A stretch of 64,000 nucleotides of DNA from an uncultured Nitrososphaerota archaeon (GTDB lineage Archaea > Thermoproteota > Nitrososphaeria > Conexivisphaerales > DTJL01), in assembly GCA_963842885.1 (NCBI GenBank), contig CAWJIE010000005.1:288001-352000 (forward strand), in the 5' to 3' direction. The translations under genes were made by a program, and so were the position numbers. The notes beneath the pieces were generated by a model that was not told where the DNA came from, searched no databases, and was given only the letters and a program-made list of their open reading frames with translations. This document shows, piece after piece, positions 48,985 through 59,555 of this stretch (positions are counted from its first letter, which is position 1; each line of letters begins with the position of its first letter).

Positions 48985-49244
48985 CGGTAGGTGGCGGAGC
49001 CCTTCTCCTTGTCCTTCTTCATCAGGTCCTTCGGGATGCTCACCATCCTGATGAGGTTCGTGTTCTGTATGGCGTAGACGGGAAGCCCCGTGTTGGGGTC
49101 GTTGCCCATCCTGAAGACGGCGGTCACACTGCTCCTGAACTTGAGGACGCTGCCGTCCTTGAGCTTCAGAGTGACCCAGCTGTCCTCCCCCTCCGCTTCG
49201 AACTCCACCAGCTCGCCTCCCTGAATGGGCATGGGCATGCTCAA
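48981..49244 (-). CDS. Conserved small archaeal protein
   Basis: 'W.TLKLKDGSVLK.R..V..V.R...DP.TG.PVY'. Confidence 0.75.
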   Translation of the reverse strand: MSMPMPIQGGELVEFEAEGEDSWVTLKLKDGSVLKFRSSVTAVFRMGNDPNTGLPVYAIQNTNLIRMVSIPKDLMKKDKEKGSATYR

Positions 49245-49369
49245 AACTTGCTTACCTTGTGCTTCGGGGTGGCAGGTCTCTATAAGCCTTCTGCATCGCC
49301 GAGCCCGCCCTCCCTGTTCTATTGATTAGAGCTTAATCAACTGGCTTTGATACTCAAGGCAGACAAGCG

Positions 49370-49864
49370 ATGCAGACCGCCAGCGCTCCTTCCCCCGTCC
49401 GCGGCCTAGCCATCGCCCTTCTCCTTGGGGTGGTGCTTGCCGCCGCAGCCGTGGGGTTCCTGGCCAGCGTCCCCTCTTCCTTGGAGCTCACCGGCGCCTC
49501 TCAGAGCTCCCCGTCGACGAACCAGACCAAAACAACCCAAGGAGGCCAGGCTGGTGCTTCGGTCCCGACCTCCAGCAACAACACTACCTCCTGGTCCAGC
49601 GTATTTGCAGTCGTCAACTCCACCTCCCCCAGCATCATGAGCGTGGGTGACATCGCCGCTGCCATCTCGGGCGGGAAGGGGGTGGGCGCATCGAATTCCA
49701 GCATCTCCGGGAGCACCTCTGAGAACGCCTCGAATGCAGCCCTGACCTACGGCCAGGAGAGGTCCGCTACCGTGGCGACGGCCTGGAGGGATCTGGCCAT
49801 CTTCGCCGCCGCCGGAGCACTCGCGTCGGCGGTCTTCCTCCTCTCAAGGCGCCGGGTGTCCTAG
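49370..49864 (+). CDS. Membrane protein with S/T-rich extracellular linker
   Basis: N- and C-terminal TM helices, sequon-rich middle. Confidence 0.7.
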   Translation: MQTASAPSPVRGLAIALLLGVVLAAAAVGFLASVPSSLELTGASQSSPSTNQTKTTQGGQAGASVPTSSNNTTSWSSVFAVVNSTSPSIMSVGDIAAAISGGKGVGASNSSISGSTSENASNAALTYGQERSATVATAWRDLAIFAAAGALASAVFLLSRRRVS

Positions 49865-49926
49865 CGGCTGGCGACTAATGCGAAACGTTCTTTAGAAGTC
49901 AAGGGCCCACATGGGCTAGATCTGAA

Positions 49927-50724
49927 ATGGCAAAACCCACCATATTGGTAAGCAACGACGATGGGCCCACCAGCAGAGGTCTTCACGCGCTGGTGCGAGC
50001 CCTCCTCGACGTGGGCGAAGTGGTCCCGGTGGTCCCGGAAGGCCCCCGAAGCGGCACCTCCATGAGCCTGACCTGGCACAAGCCCCTCAGGATCCGCGAG
50101 GTCCAGATCGCCGGGGTGAAGGGATTCGTCGTGTCGGGCAGCCCGGCCGACGCCGTCATGATGGCGCTCAACAAGGTGCTCGAAGAGAAGCCTGATGCCA
50201 TGGCGTCCGGCATCAACATCGGAGACAACACGGGCCTGCAGGACGTCTACGCCAGCGGCACGGTTTCGGCCGCCCTCCAGGCGGCCCTCTCGGGAATCCC
50301 CTCTGTGGCCTTTTCCATGCAAATCTCCGAGGACGTTGTCTTCTCGCCTGCGGAGGCCAGGGCAGATTTTGGGACGGCCGCCTTCCACGCCAGGAGGGTC
50401 ATGCACTGGCTGGCCAAGAACCGCCTCCCCGAAGGAGTGAACTTCCTTAACGTGAACATCCCATCCAATGCGGCCCTGAACACGAAGGCCGTCATCACCA
50501 AGCTGGCCCTCCACAAGTACGACAACTTCATCGTGGAACGCCTTGATCCTCGAGGAAAGCCCTACTACTGGGTCTGGGGGAACAGGAAGAAGAATTACGA
50601 GGATGGAAGCGACGCCAAGGCCATCATAGAGGATGGCCTGGTCTCTGTGACGCCTCTCCACATGGATCCCACCTGGCCCGCCAAGGGCATCGAAGGGCTC
50701 CTGAGCAGCCTCAATGGGCAATGA
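49927..50724 (+). CDS. surE: 5'/3'-nucleotidase SurE
   Basis: ILVSNDDG, SGSPAD, SGINIGDN, SGTV. Confidence 0.95.
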   Translation: MAKPTILVSNDDGPTSRGLHALVRALLDVGEVVPVVPEGPRSGTSMSLTWHKPLRIREVQIAGVKGFVVSGSPADAVMMALNKVLEEKPDAMASGINIGDNTGLQDVYASGTVSAALQAALSGIPSVAFSMQISEDVVFSPAEARADFGTAAFHARRVMHWLAKNRLPEGVNFLNVNIPSNAALNTKAVITKLALHKYDNFIVERLDPRGKPYYWVWGNRKKNYEDGSDAKAIIEDGLVSVTPLHMDPTWPAKGIEGLLSSLNGQ

Positions 50725-51312
50725 CGGGAAAGCGTTTATCCCCCCACCTTCGCCCGGACCTTGACTTGACCGAAACGAAGCCCAAGATCCTCGATTCTGC
50801 AGTGGTATTCCGGGGGGAGAAGCTGGAGATCGTCCGGGACACGCTGTCGTGGGGGAGGGACAGGGAGGCTGCCGTCGAGACGATACTTCATCCCGGTGCT
50901 GTGGCCATCCTCGCCGCCACGGCGGACGGCAGAGTCATCCTCGAAAGACAGTACCGTCACTCCGTCAACAGCTTCCTCTACGAAGTGCCGGCCGGCACCC
51001 TGGAGCCCGGCGAGGAACCCGCGGAGTGCGCGTCAAGGGAGCTGCTCGAGGAGACCGGATATCGGGCCGCCTCCTTGAAGAAGCTGGGAGCCATCTACAC
51101 CGCGCCGGGATACAGCTCCGAAATCCTCCACCTGTTCATGGCCAGGGCCGTCAGGGCTGGGGGCCAGAGGCTCGAGGACGACGAGGCGATACTCGGTGTC
51201 CCTTCATAGTCCGAAGGAGGCCCTGAGGCTGGTCATGAGTGGCGAGACTTCAGACGCCAAGTCGATGATCCTCTTGAAGATGGCGGTTGCCGACCCGGGC
51301 CTTCTGTCCTAG
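50721..51312 (+). CDS. NUDIX hydrolase, ADP-ribose pyrophosphatase-like (frameshift near 51195)
   Basis: Nudix box GTLEPGEEPAECASRELLEETG. Confidence 0.9.
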
Positions 51313-52334
51313 GAGGCGCCCGCCGGGGAGCCCGTCGGTTCCTTCAACGTGCTGTGCTCGAAAGCGGCGGCTCCAGGCGTGAGGACCTTCTTGATCCTGT
51401 TGACGCACGTCGTCCCCTGGGCGAAGCCCACTACGAGGAGGTTCTGCTTCAAGGTGTCCTTGGGCGATGCCACGTCGCCGGCGGCATATATCCCGGGGAC
51501 GCTCGTCTCGAAGTTCGAGTCCACGGATATGCCCCTCGGGTCCATCGATATCCCCCACTGCTTCACGATGCTCAGGTCGGCCTTGTAGCCGACGAGGACG
51601 AGGAGGGCGTCGCATTCCAGCGTCTCCGTGGCATCAGTCTGAGAGTTCTTGATGACGACCTCCCTGACCCAGTCGTCCCCCTTCACCTCGACCATCTCCG
51701 ACCAGAGCCTGATGTCGATGTTGGATGTCTTGAGAGCCTCTACCGATTTTTCATGGGCCCTGAAGACGTCCCGTCGGTGGACCAGGTATATCTTCGCCGC
51801 GATGTCCTTAAGGTGGAGCGCCCAGTCCACCGCGGTGTCTCCTCCCCCTATGATGACGATCCTCTTGTCCTTGAAATCTAGGGGCTCCCTGACGTAGTAG
51901 TAGATGCCCCTTCCATCGAGCTCGTTCACGCCGGGCACGATGAGCTTGTTAGGCGAAAAGGCTCCGATGCCCGTCGCTATGATGACCGCCCTGCCCAGAT
52001 GCCTCCCCCTGTCCGTGACTATCTCGAACTCCTGCGAGCTCATCCTCTCGATGTGGAGGACGCGCTCAGCGAGACAGATGGTGGGATTGAATTGGGAAGC
52101 CTGGGCGACGAGGTTGCCGATCATCTCCTTACCGTTGACTGACCTGAACCCGGGCATGTCGTAGATGAACTTGTCAGGGTAGAGGAGCGAGACCTGCCCG
52201 CCGAGGGCCTCCGTGGCTTCCAAGAGCTTCACCTTGAGGTCCCTGAACCCAGCATAGTACACCGCGAAGAGGCCGATGGGGCCCCCTCCGATGACGATCA
52301 CATCGAAGAGTTCGTCTTCGGGGGCTTCGGACAT
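51309..52334 (-). CDS. Ferredoxin--NADP reductase (TrxR-like)
   Basis: GGGPIG, LYPDKFIYDMPG, GGGDTAVDWA, no CxxC. Confidence 0.85.
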   Translation of the reverse strand: MSEAPEDELFDVIVIGGGPIGLFAVYYAGFRDLKVKLLEATEALGGQVSLLYPDKFIYDMPGFRSVNGKEMIGNLVAQASQFNPTICLAERVLHIERMSSQEFEIVTDRGRHLGRAVIIATGIGAFSPNKLIVPGVNELDGRGIYYYVREPLDFKDKRIVIIGGGDTAVDWALHLKDIAAKIYLVHRRDVFRAHEKSVEALKTSNIDIRLWSEMVEVKGDDWVREVVIKNSQTDATETLECDALLVLVGYKADLSIVKQWGISMDPRGISVDSNFETSVPGIYAAGDVASPKDTLKQNLLVVGFAQGTTCVNRIKKVLTPGAAAFEHSTLKEPTGSPAGAS

Positions 52335-52402
52335 GGTTGCTTCGGTGCCGCGTATGGCTTTAGAGCACTAATATGCCTATCTACGTAGTGGTGCGTCTTA
52401 GG

Positions 52403-53656
52403 TTGATGGTTGCCGTTAATAGTGTCCCACTGATGCATTTATGACGTGCAGGCCCTGAAGTCGGTCAGGCAGGGATTCATTCCATCAGGCGAGATTCTAT
52501 TATTGATGGAGGCCTTCAGGAGGATGGCCAACGAGTGTATCTCCATAGGGCTCGCCGACGGCGCGTCGTCCTTGAAGCGCCTCTCGAAACTCTCATATGG
52601 CAAGCTTGCAGGCTATGACGTTCCTTCTTATTACAGGCTCTGCGCGATCTCCAGGGCGGCAGGCATCCTCTCCTCAAGGAAGAAATCCATCATGAGAGGG
52701 TTCCCGACCAGGAGTCCGTACACCGTGAAGCCTGTCCTCACTTCATGCTACGGATTCAAAATCGAGGAAGGGAAACTGAAGGTCCCGCTGGGCGGGCGCA
52801 GATATGCAGAGATACAATTGAACCGTCATACCCTCGAAGTCCTGTCCGACCCAGCCCTGAAAGTGCGCTCCTTCACGCTCAGCGCCTGCACAACGTTGAG
52901 CCTGTGCATCTCGAAAGATGTGACGGAGAAGGAGTGCATCAGAACGGCTGGTGTGGACAGGAATTTGAGGAATTTGACCTATGGCAATCATGAACGCGTT
53001 GTGCAGTATGATTTGAGTGACGCCGTCAAGGTATCCGAGCGAACGAAGAGCATCGTTGCTTCGCTTAAGAGGAACGATGTCAAAATACGGAGGAAGGTAG
53101 CCTCAAAGTATGGCAAGAGAAGGGCTAACCGGATCGGCCAGATGATTCATCGTGCGATCAAGGACATGATGAAGCGTTCTCTCATCGACAAGGAGGCCAT
53201 CGTTCTGGAGGATATCAGAGGGATCAGGTTGATGTATCGGAGGGGAAACGGGCAAGGAGCTGGGTATCGTGGAATGATGAACTCTTGGCCATTCTTCGAA
53301 GCACAGAGACAGATTGAGTATAAGGCCAAGTGGGAAGGGATACCTATCATCCGTTTGACGATCAACGAAACCAGAGCGACATCTTCTCTCTGTCCTCAAT
53401 GCGGGGAGAGTCTCCAAGAGGCTGTAAGAGACGATGTCCAGCACAAAAGGCAACTCTGGTGTGAAAAGTGTCAGAGATGGCCAGACAGGGATGTCGTCCC
53501 CGTCATCAACCAGTCTCTGAAGGGGTGGGTGAGGTTCGCACATTCCAAAGGCGAGGCAGCTGAAGCGATGAGGGGGAACCAGACGATGCCTGTAATCCTC
53601 AGGGTGGATGCCTCGAAGGTCTGTCTTCGGCAACAACCGAAGACGCACCAGAACCC
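52403..53656 (+). mobile_element. Solo tnpB element 3
   Basis: GGTTGATG left motif; hairpin GTCTTCGG-CAACAA-CCGAAGAC; right end CAGAACCC. Confidence 0.7.
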
Positions 53657-53672
53657 CTATCTAGATTCCTGA
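52446..53672 (+). CDS. tnpB: RNA-guided endonuclease TnpB
   Basis: GVDRN / LEDIRGI / DRDVV; CPQCG..CEKC. Confidence 0.9.
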   Translation: MQALKSVRQGFIPSGEILLLMEAFRRMANECISIGLADGASSLKRLSKLSYGKLAGYDVPSYYRLCAISRAAGILSSRKKSIMRGFPTRSPYTVKPVLTSCYGFKIEEGKLKVPLGGRRYAEIQLNRHTLEVLSDPALKVRSFTLSACTTLSLCISKDVTEKECIRTAGVDRNLRNLTYGNHERVVQYDLSDAVKVSERTKSIVASLKRNDVKIRRKVASKYGKRRANRIGQMIHRAIKDMMKRSLIDKEAIVLEDIRGIRLMYRRGNGQGAGYRGMMNSWPFFEAQRQIEYKAKWEGIPIIRLTINETRATSSLCPQCGESLQEAVRDDVQHKRQLWCEKCQRWPDRDVVPVINQSLKGWVRFAHSKGEAAEAMRGNQTMPVILRVDASKVCLRQQPKTHQNPYLDS

Positions 53673-53676
53673 TTAC
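53520..53676 (+). ncRNA. Putative TnpB reRNA 3
   Basis: Conserved scaffold overlapping the tnpB 3' end. Confidence 0.6.
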
Positions 53677-53722
53677 TGAAAGGCATGATTCTAAGAAAAC
53701 ATGAGCTTCCCCACACAGGAGT

Positions 53723-54119
53723 CTAGGGTAGGGAGGTGAACTTGTATCCGTAGTAGATGGTGCCCTTCTTCGAGTCCTCCGTGAGCTTCCTCAGCGTCAG
53801 CCTCACCGGGGACCCGTCCTGCACGCTGGTGATGTCGACGTCCACGATCTGGGCCAGCAGCCTCTGGCCGTTGTCCAGCTCCACGAGGCCCAATTATGTA
53901 AGGTGCGAAACGCTTGAACTCGTCGGAGGGCTCCCTCAGCACCGTATGGGCCACGATCTTGCCCGTGTGGGGCATCTCGCTGTCCGCCACGTCCTGGGAG
54001 CCGCACTTCCTGCAGACCTTGACGGGCGGGAACCACTCCGCTCCGCACTTCTTGCACTTCGAGCCGACCAGGTTGAAGTAGCGGTCCTTGAGCCTCCAGT
54101 ATGAAACAGGGTTCACCAA
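53723..54119 (-). CDS. DUF35 Zn-ribbon/OB-fold scaffold protein (frameshift near 53890)
   Basis: CKKCG..FPP..VCRKCG; ends IYYGYKF; in operon with thiolase. Confidence 0.9.
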
Positions 54120-54121
54120 CT

Positions 54122-55279
54122 TCAGGCCGCCCTCCTAAGGATGTGCACGCTCGTAGTCGTGTCCACGCCTCCCATGTTCTGGGTGAGGCCCAGCTTGGCG
54201 CCCTTGACTTGGTTCCTCTCGGCCTTCTCTGACAGCTGCAGGTATGCCTCGGCCACCTGGTAGACGCCGGTGGCGCCGACGGGGTGCCCTCTGCCCTTCA
54301 GCCCTCCGAACGTGTTCATGGGGAGCGCCCCGGTCAGGTCGAACCTGCCCGAGCTCACGTCATGGGGGGCCTTCCCCGGCTTGCTTATGCCGAGCGACTC
54401 CAGCGTCAGCGCCGCGGTGACGGAGAAGGCGTCATGGGTCTCCATGAAGTCCATCTGCTCCAGCTTCAGCCCAGTCCTGTCGAGGGCCCGCTTGGCGGCG
54501 GTCCTGGTGGCCAGGTAGTCCAGGGGATCAGGCCTTTCGTAGATCGAGAAGATGTTGGCCGCCACTTCGCTGGCGACCAGCTCCACGACCCCCGCGTCAA
54601 GCTCCCTGGCCTTCCTCTCGCTCAGCAGGATGAGCGCAGCCGCGCCGTCGCAGACGGGTGAGCTGTCCATGAGCCTGATGGGGTCGGAGATGAGAGGTGA
54701 CCGCAGGACGTCTTCGACGGTTATGGCCTTCCTGAACATGGCGTGCTTTGAAAGAGCCGCGTTCTTGTGGCCCAGGACGGGGAAGCCCGCCATCTCCTCC
54801 CTGGAGACGTTGTACTTCTTGAGGTAGAGCGAGTGGGTCAGCGCGTTGAGGGAGATGAACGTCGCCCCCGGGAACTGTGTGTATTCGGCGCTGTCCGCCA
54901 TCGCGAGGGCGGCTGTTATGCGGCCCACGTCGATGTCCTTCATCTTCTCCACGCCGCATACCAGGACCACGTCGCTTTCGCCGGCCTTGATGGAAAGGAA
55001 TCCGTTGTGCACGGCGACCCCTCCCGAGCCGCAGGAAGCCTCGACCTTGTATGCGGGCACGCCGATGAGATTGACCTGGCTGGCCAGAAGGGCGCCGAGA
55101 TGCTCCTGGCTCGAGCCGACGCCGCTGAACATGTTGCCGACGATGACCCTTTCGGGCTTCGCGTCTGGCATTGCGTTCATTGCGGACAGGGAGGCCTCCG
55201 CCATCAGGTCCAGTATGGACTTCCTCCAGTGCTCTCCCACCGGGACGAGGCCGGCCGAAGCCACGAATACCTTGCTCAT
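54122..55279 (-). CDS. Acetoacetyl-CoA thiolase
   Basis: VEASCGSGG, ETHDAF, GHPVGATG. Confidence 0.9.
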   Translation of the reverse strand: MSKVFVASAGLVPVGEHWRKSILDLMAEASLSAMNAMPDAKPERVIVGNMFSGVGSSQEHLGALLASQVNLIGVPAYKVEASCGSGGVAVHNGFLSIKAGESDVVLVCGVEKMKDIDVGRITAALAMADSAEYTQFPGATFISLNALTHSLYLKKYNVSREEMAGFPVLGHKNAALSKHAMFRKAITVEDVLRSPLISDPIRLMDSSPVCDGAAALILLSERKARELDAGVVELVASEVAANIFSIYERPDPLDYLATRTAAKRALDRTGLKLEQMDFMETHDAFSVTAALTLESLGISKPGKAPHDVSSGRFDLTGALPMNTFGGLKGRGHPVGATGVYQVAEAYLQLSEKAERNQVKGAKLGLTQNMGGVDTTTSVHILRRAA

Positions 55280-56307
55280 TCCTGGAGCTTCCCCCTGAAC
55301 CTCGTGTAGACGGCGTAGTCCACCTTGACGGACCTCTCCACCATGCTCCTCACGGAGACGCCCAGCTTCCTCCTCTCAACTATGCTGTCCGTCACGTCGA
55401 GCGTGAAGGCGTCGCTGCCAGCTCCGCTGCCGAAGCTGCACATCAGGATCCTGTCGCCCGGCTTGGCCACGTCCAGCGTCGCCGCCAGCCCGATAAGGGA
55501 GCTCCCCGCGTAGGTGTTCCCGATCAGTGGGTTGAGGAGGCCGGGCTCCATCTGTTCCATCTTGAAGCCGAGCCTCAGGCCCACTTCGACGGGGAAGCGG
55601 GGGTTGGGCTGGTGGAAGACCGCCCAGTTGTAGTCCGATGGCTTGTGCCCCGTCTCCTCCAGGTGCGCCTTCATGCAGCTTTCCACGTGGTGGAAATAGG
55701 CGGGCTCGCCCGTGAACCTCCCCAGGTGGCTGGGGTACTTCTCGCCCGGCCTACGCCAGAAGTCGCCGGTGTCGCTCACGTACGACGTGCTGGCCTCGAA
55801 CGTCGCCAGCGCGTCCTTGCCCTTCCCTATCACGAAGGCCGCTCCGCCACTGCCGGCGGTGTATTCCAGTTCGTCCCCCGGCCTTCCCTGGGCGGTGTCC
55901 ACCCCGACGGCTAGGCCGGCCGGTATCATCCCCGAAGCGACTAGGGCGATGTTGAACTGCATGGCCTCGGTCCCCGCCTTGCACGCGAACTCCAGGTCGG
56001 CGGCGAGAGCGAAGTGTTGCCTGAGCGCCTGGGCAAGTATGGTGGAGGTCGGCTTCACGACGTACGGCTTGGACTCGGTGCCGACAAGCACAGCTCCCAG
56101 CTTGTCGATGCCTGCCATCCTGACCGCCCTCCGGGCCATCTCGCAGGCCATCGTGAAGGTGTCTTCGTCGTCATGTGCCACGGCCTTCTCCTTGTTGGGA
56201 CCCGCCCCTTCGCCGCGCCAAACGCGGGCCACTTCCGTCGTGGGGAGACGATAGATCGGCACGTAGGCGCCGTAGCCGATAATACCCACAGAGCTAACTG
56301 GCTTCAA
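55276..56307 (-). CDS. Hydroxymethylglutaryl-CoA synthase (archaeal)
   Basis: GTESKPY, EFACKAG, FHQPN, IGNTY, SFGSGAGSD. Confidence 0.95.
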   Translation of the reverse strand: MKPVSSVGIIGYGAYVPIYRLPTTEVARVWRGEGAGPNKEKAVAHDDEDTFTMACEMARRAVRMAGIDKLGAVLVGTESKPYVVKPTSTILAQALRQHFALAADLEFACKAGTEAMQFNIALVASGMIPAGLAVGVDTAQGRPGDELEYTAGSGGAAFVIGKGKDALATFEASTSYVSDTGDFWRRPGEKYPSHLGRFTGEPAYFHHVESCMKAHLEETGHKPSDYNWAVFHQPNPRFPVEVGLRLGFKMEQMEPGLLNPLIGNTYAGSSLIGLAATLDVAKPGDRILMCSFGSGAGSDAFTLDVTDSIVERRKLGVSVRSMVERSVKVDYAVYTRFRGKLQE

Positions 56308-56393
56308 CGAAATTCTTTGAAGGACTCAGGCGTGGGCGTTAAAAACCTTTACATCACTGTGGTAGGGCCGTTCGTTGAAAGACGTAGAAGCTC

Positions 56394-56573
56394 TCAGTAG
56401 GATTTCAGCTGCTTCACGACGGGTGGCCGGCTCTTCTTGAAGACCCTGTACCCGCAGATGCACTTTATCTCGGGCAGCGACGCCAGGTCCTCGCTGCTGA
56501 CCTTGGTGCCGCACCTGATACATTCGTACATTATGGCGCCGGACTTCGTTTCGGCGACTGGTTCTTCTGTCAT
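56394..56573 (-). CDS. rpoP: RNA polymerase subunit Rpo12
   Basis: YECIRCG...LPEIKCICGYRVFKKSRPPVVK. Confidence 0.9.
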   Translation of the reverse strand: MTEEPVAETKSGAIMYECIRCGTKVSSEDLASLPEIKCICGYRVFKKSRPPVVKQLKSY

Positions 56574-56605
56574 CTTCTTCCGGACTCTCCCCCGAACAGC
56601 CGCCT

Positions 56606-57716
56606 TTAAGGTTTCTCGTCGGTCTTGATGAGCGTAACCATCTCGTCGATGTCGCTCTCGGTGACGAAGGGATGGACGGGGATGGAGAGGACATGGGCCG
56701 CAGCGTCGTCGGTGTTCGGCAGAGGCCCGTTCACCATCTTCGCGTAAAAGGGGGTCCGGTGGACCGGCGGATCGTAGTACACGGTGGCCCCGAAACCCCT
56801 CTCCCGCAGCCTCTTCATGAGCTTGTCGCGGCCGCCCTTGACATATATGGTGTAGAGGTACCAATTGAACCGCTGGCCGGGCATCTCCCTGACAACCCTG
56901 ACGCTTCCCAGCGAGCCGAGACCCTTGGTTAAGGCTTCAGCGTTCCTCCTCCTCGAGGCAATGAAACCTTCGAGGCGCCTGAGCTGCCCTACCCCCAGGG
57001 CGGCCTCAATCTCGGGCATCCTCAGGTTCAGGCCCAGTATGGTCGTGTCGTATCCCTTGACCATCCCATGATTCCTGATCATCCTGAGCTTCGTCGCCTT
57101 CTCGGCGTCGTTGGTGGCGATGGCTCCCCCTTCGCCGGTGCTGATGACCTTGCTGGGATAGAAGCTGAAGCATCCCATCTCTCCTAAGGTCCCCGAGTAG
57201 ACTCCCCCCTGCATGCTTCCGAGGCTCTGGGCGGCGTCCTCGATCACGGGTATGGAATCGCGGTCTAGGAACTCCCTCAGAGCGGCGATGTCGGCGATGC
57301 CACCATAGAGGTTCACGGGGATGACGGCCCGCGTTTTCTTGGAGAGCTTCCTCCTGACGTCGGCGACGTCCATGGTATAATCGGATAGCCTGATGTCTGA
57401 GAATACAGGAACAGCGCCCGAGGAACTTCACGGCGTTAGCCGTCGCGACGAACGTGAAGGACGGGATTATCACCTCGTCGCCGACTCTGACGTCGGCCGC
57501 CATGAGGGCGGCCACCAGGGCTGAGGTGCCGGAGTTCACCATGACGACGTCCTTGCACCGAAGGTACTTGGCGAGGCTGGCTTCGAACTCCCTCACCTTG
57601 TTCCCTCCTTCGTTCGCCGAGCTCGTCAGCGCGCCGGCGATGACAAGCCTGTAGGCCTCCTTCGCCTCCTCCTCGCCGAAGAACGGCTTGTTGATTGGGA
57701 CCCTGATCGTCTCCAC
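56606..57716 (-). CDS. DegT/DnrJ/EryC1/StrS aminotransferase (frameshift near 57415)
   Basis: NSGTSAL, PSFTFVAT, IEDAAQS, FSFYPSK..STGEGG. Confidence 0.9.
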
Positions 57717-57805
57717 GCGTAGCTCCACTGATGCAGGGTTATTTGTGGTTTTTATCGAAGCCAAGCCATCGGCTCGTCCGATGTTCCTCTCCATGACTGG
57801 ACTGG

Positions 57806-58483
57806 TCAGCGAAGCTCGTCTGCGGGGTTGGACCGCAGCTCGTTCAGGACCTGGACCACTTGCCAGGCGGCGGCCTTGCACGCCTCATCGGTCACGCCCA
57901 AGACTCTGCAGCCAAGGATGAGCACCTCCTTGGTTCCTGAGGTGATCTTCGTCCTATCGCAGTCCCTATGGGGGAAAAGGTGGATCACCCCCGCCCCGTC
58001 CTTTAGGACCACCTCCTCTGTCGTCTTCCCCTCCTTTCCCGAAATGTCGACGAAAGGCTCGCCGGCCCTGGACATGGCCAGCCGCAGCGGTCCCTTGACC
58101 TTGGCGTAGTCGTAGAGCCCAATGGGGATGTGCGTCCTGATCGATGCGATGTTGCCCGCGTCCACGACATAGTTGATTGAAGGTATCACGTTCCCCTGGA
58201 GAATCCTCCTTAGAAGTGCTTCGCTGGCGGGCCTCTGCTTGGTCGGGTCTATCCCTATGCGCCAGTAGAAGCTCCTGAACGCGGCTATGATGGGGTCGTC
58301 CTTCAGTTCGTTGAGCGGCACCCGGATTTTCGTCTTCTCATTTTCGATGATGCGGTTGAAGTCGTAGAGGCCGGGGCGCCCCGGCTCGCACAGGATGCCG
58401 TACACGCCTGTGGCGGGGTACTTCCTGATGACTTCGCTCTCGACCTTGACATTGAAGTCGTCCTGGATGATGGATGTCATCAA
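57806..58483 (-). CDS. B3/4 (PheRS beta-like) tRNA-editing domain protein
   Basis: GIDPTKQRPASEALLRR, IN.VVD.GN. Confidence 0.85.
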   Translation of the reverse strand: MMTSIIQDDFNVKVESEVIRKYPATGVYGILCEPGRPGLYDFNRIIENEKTKIRVPLNELKDDPIIAAFRSFYWRIGIDPTKQRPASEALLRRILQGNVIPSINYVVDAGNIASIRTHIPIGLYDYAKVKGPLRLAMSRAGEPFVDISGKEGKTTEEVVLKDGAGVIHLFPHRDCDRTKITSGTKEVLILGCRVLGVTDEACKAAAWQVVQVLNELRSNPADELR

Positions 58484-59546
58484 CTAATCACGCAGGATCT
58501 CTTCAAGCCTGCGCTTGTGCCCTTCGAACTTCTTCCTGAGGTCTGCAACGACCTTGTCGACATAGTCCGCCGTCGAGCGCTTGAGGTCGGCAGGGTGGAG
58601 CTCCCTCCTTACGTAGGCCCCCTCGACCTCCTCATACGAATAGTACGTGACGGGGCCACCGAACTTGGATGGTCTCTCAACGTGGAACTCCCTGAAGTCG
58701 TGAAAAACGATGTACTTGACCAGCTCAAGGACGGGGTTCAGCTCGGCGGAACCTTCGGGGCACCAGGCGCGAGCGAGCTTGTCCTGTATCGTCCGGGCGT
58801 CGTCGTGGATGAAGATGGCCGTCCTCGGCTTCGACTTGCTCATCTTGGCGCTTATCATGGTGTCCACCTTCGCGTCTTCGTCGAGGCCCGTTGCCTGAGG
58901 CTTCTGGAGACCCAGAAGGATATGGTGGTGCAGGGCCACAGGCGGCTTCCAGCCCAGGGCCGGGTAGACCTCCCTTGCCAGCATGTGGACCTTTCGCTGG
59001 TCGATCCCCGCATGGGCGATGTCGGCGTCAAGGTAGTGGATGTCGACGGCCTGCATGGAGGGGTAGAGGTACGATGCGATGTCCAGCGTGTCCTTCATGG
59101 ACCTCCCCATGATGGTGAGGGTCCTGCTGGCCCTGTTCAGGGTCACGTGCTTGCCGAACCTAATGATGTCCTTCCAGTAGTCGTCGTTGTCGTGGTAGAG
59201 GTCGCTTCCTGCGACCACCTCCACGCCCGGGGCGTACGCCTTGAAGGCCTCTCTGTAGTAGTCGGACGCGGCCTTTATCCTGTCCCAGTCTCCTCCGAGC
59301 TTGTTGTTGATGACGCTGTGCCAGTCCGCCAGGAAGACCTTCGTCCGGACGCCGGCGTTTATCAGATCGCGAATCTTATTACCGGACACAATCAAAGTGC
59401 CTAGATGGAGGAAGCCTGAGATTTCAAATCCCACATAGTGGGTGGGATGCATCCTTGCTTTCGAAGAGCTCCCTGAGCTCGCCAGCCGTCACTACCTCTT
59501 CGGTGGGAGGTCGAAGGACAAGGCCGAGCTTCTGTTCCACATCCAT
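58484..59546 (-). CDS. tyrS: Tyrosine--tRNA ligase (frameshift near 59452)
   Basis: YVGFEISGFLHLG, YPSMQAVDI, GIDQRK, KMSKS. Confidence 0.95.
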
Positions 59547-59555
59547 CTCGTCGCT

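Noticed and set aside
34598-53672. TnpBs as Cas12f effectors or nuclease-dead TldR regulators
   Set aside because: No adjacent CRISPR array, and the RuvC acidic triad is retained in all three.
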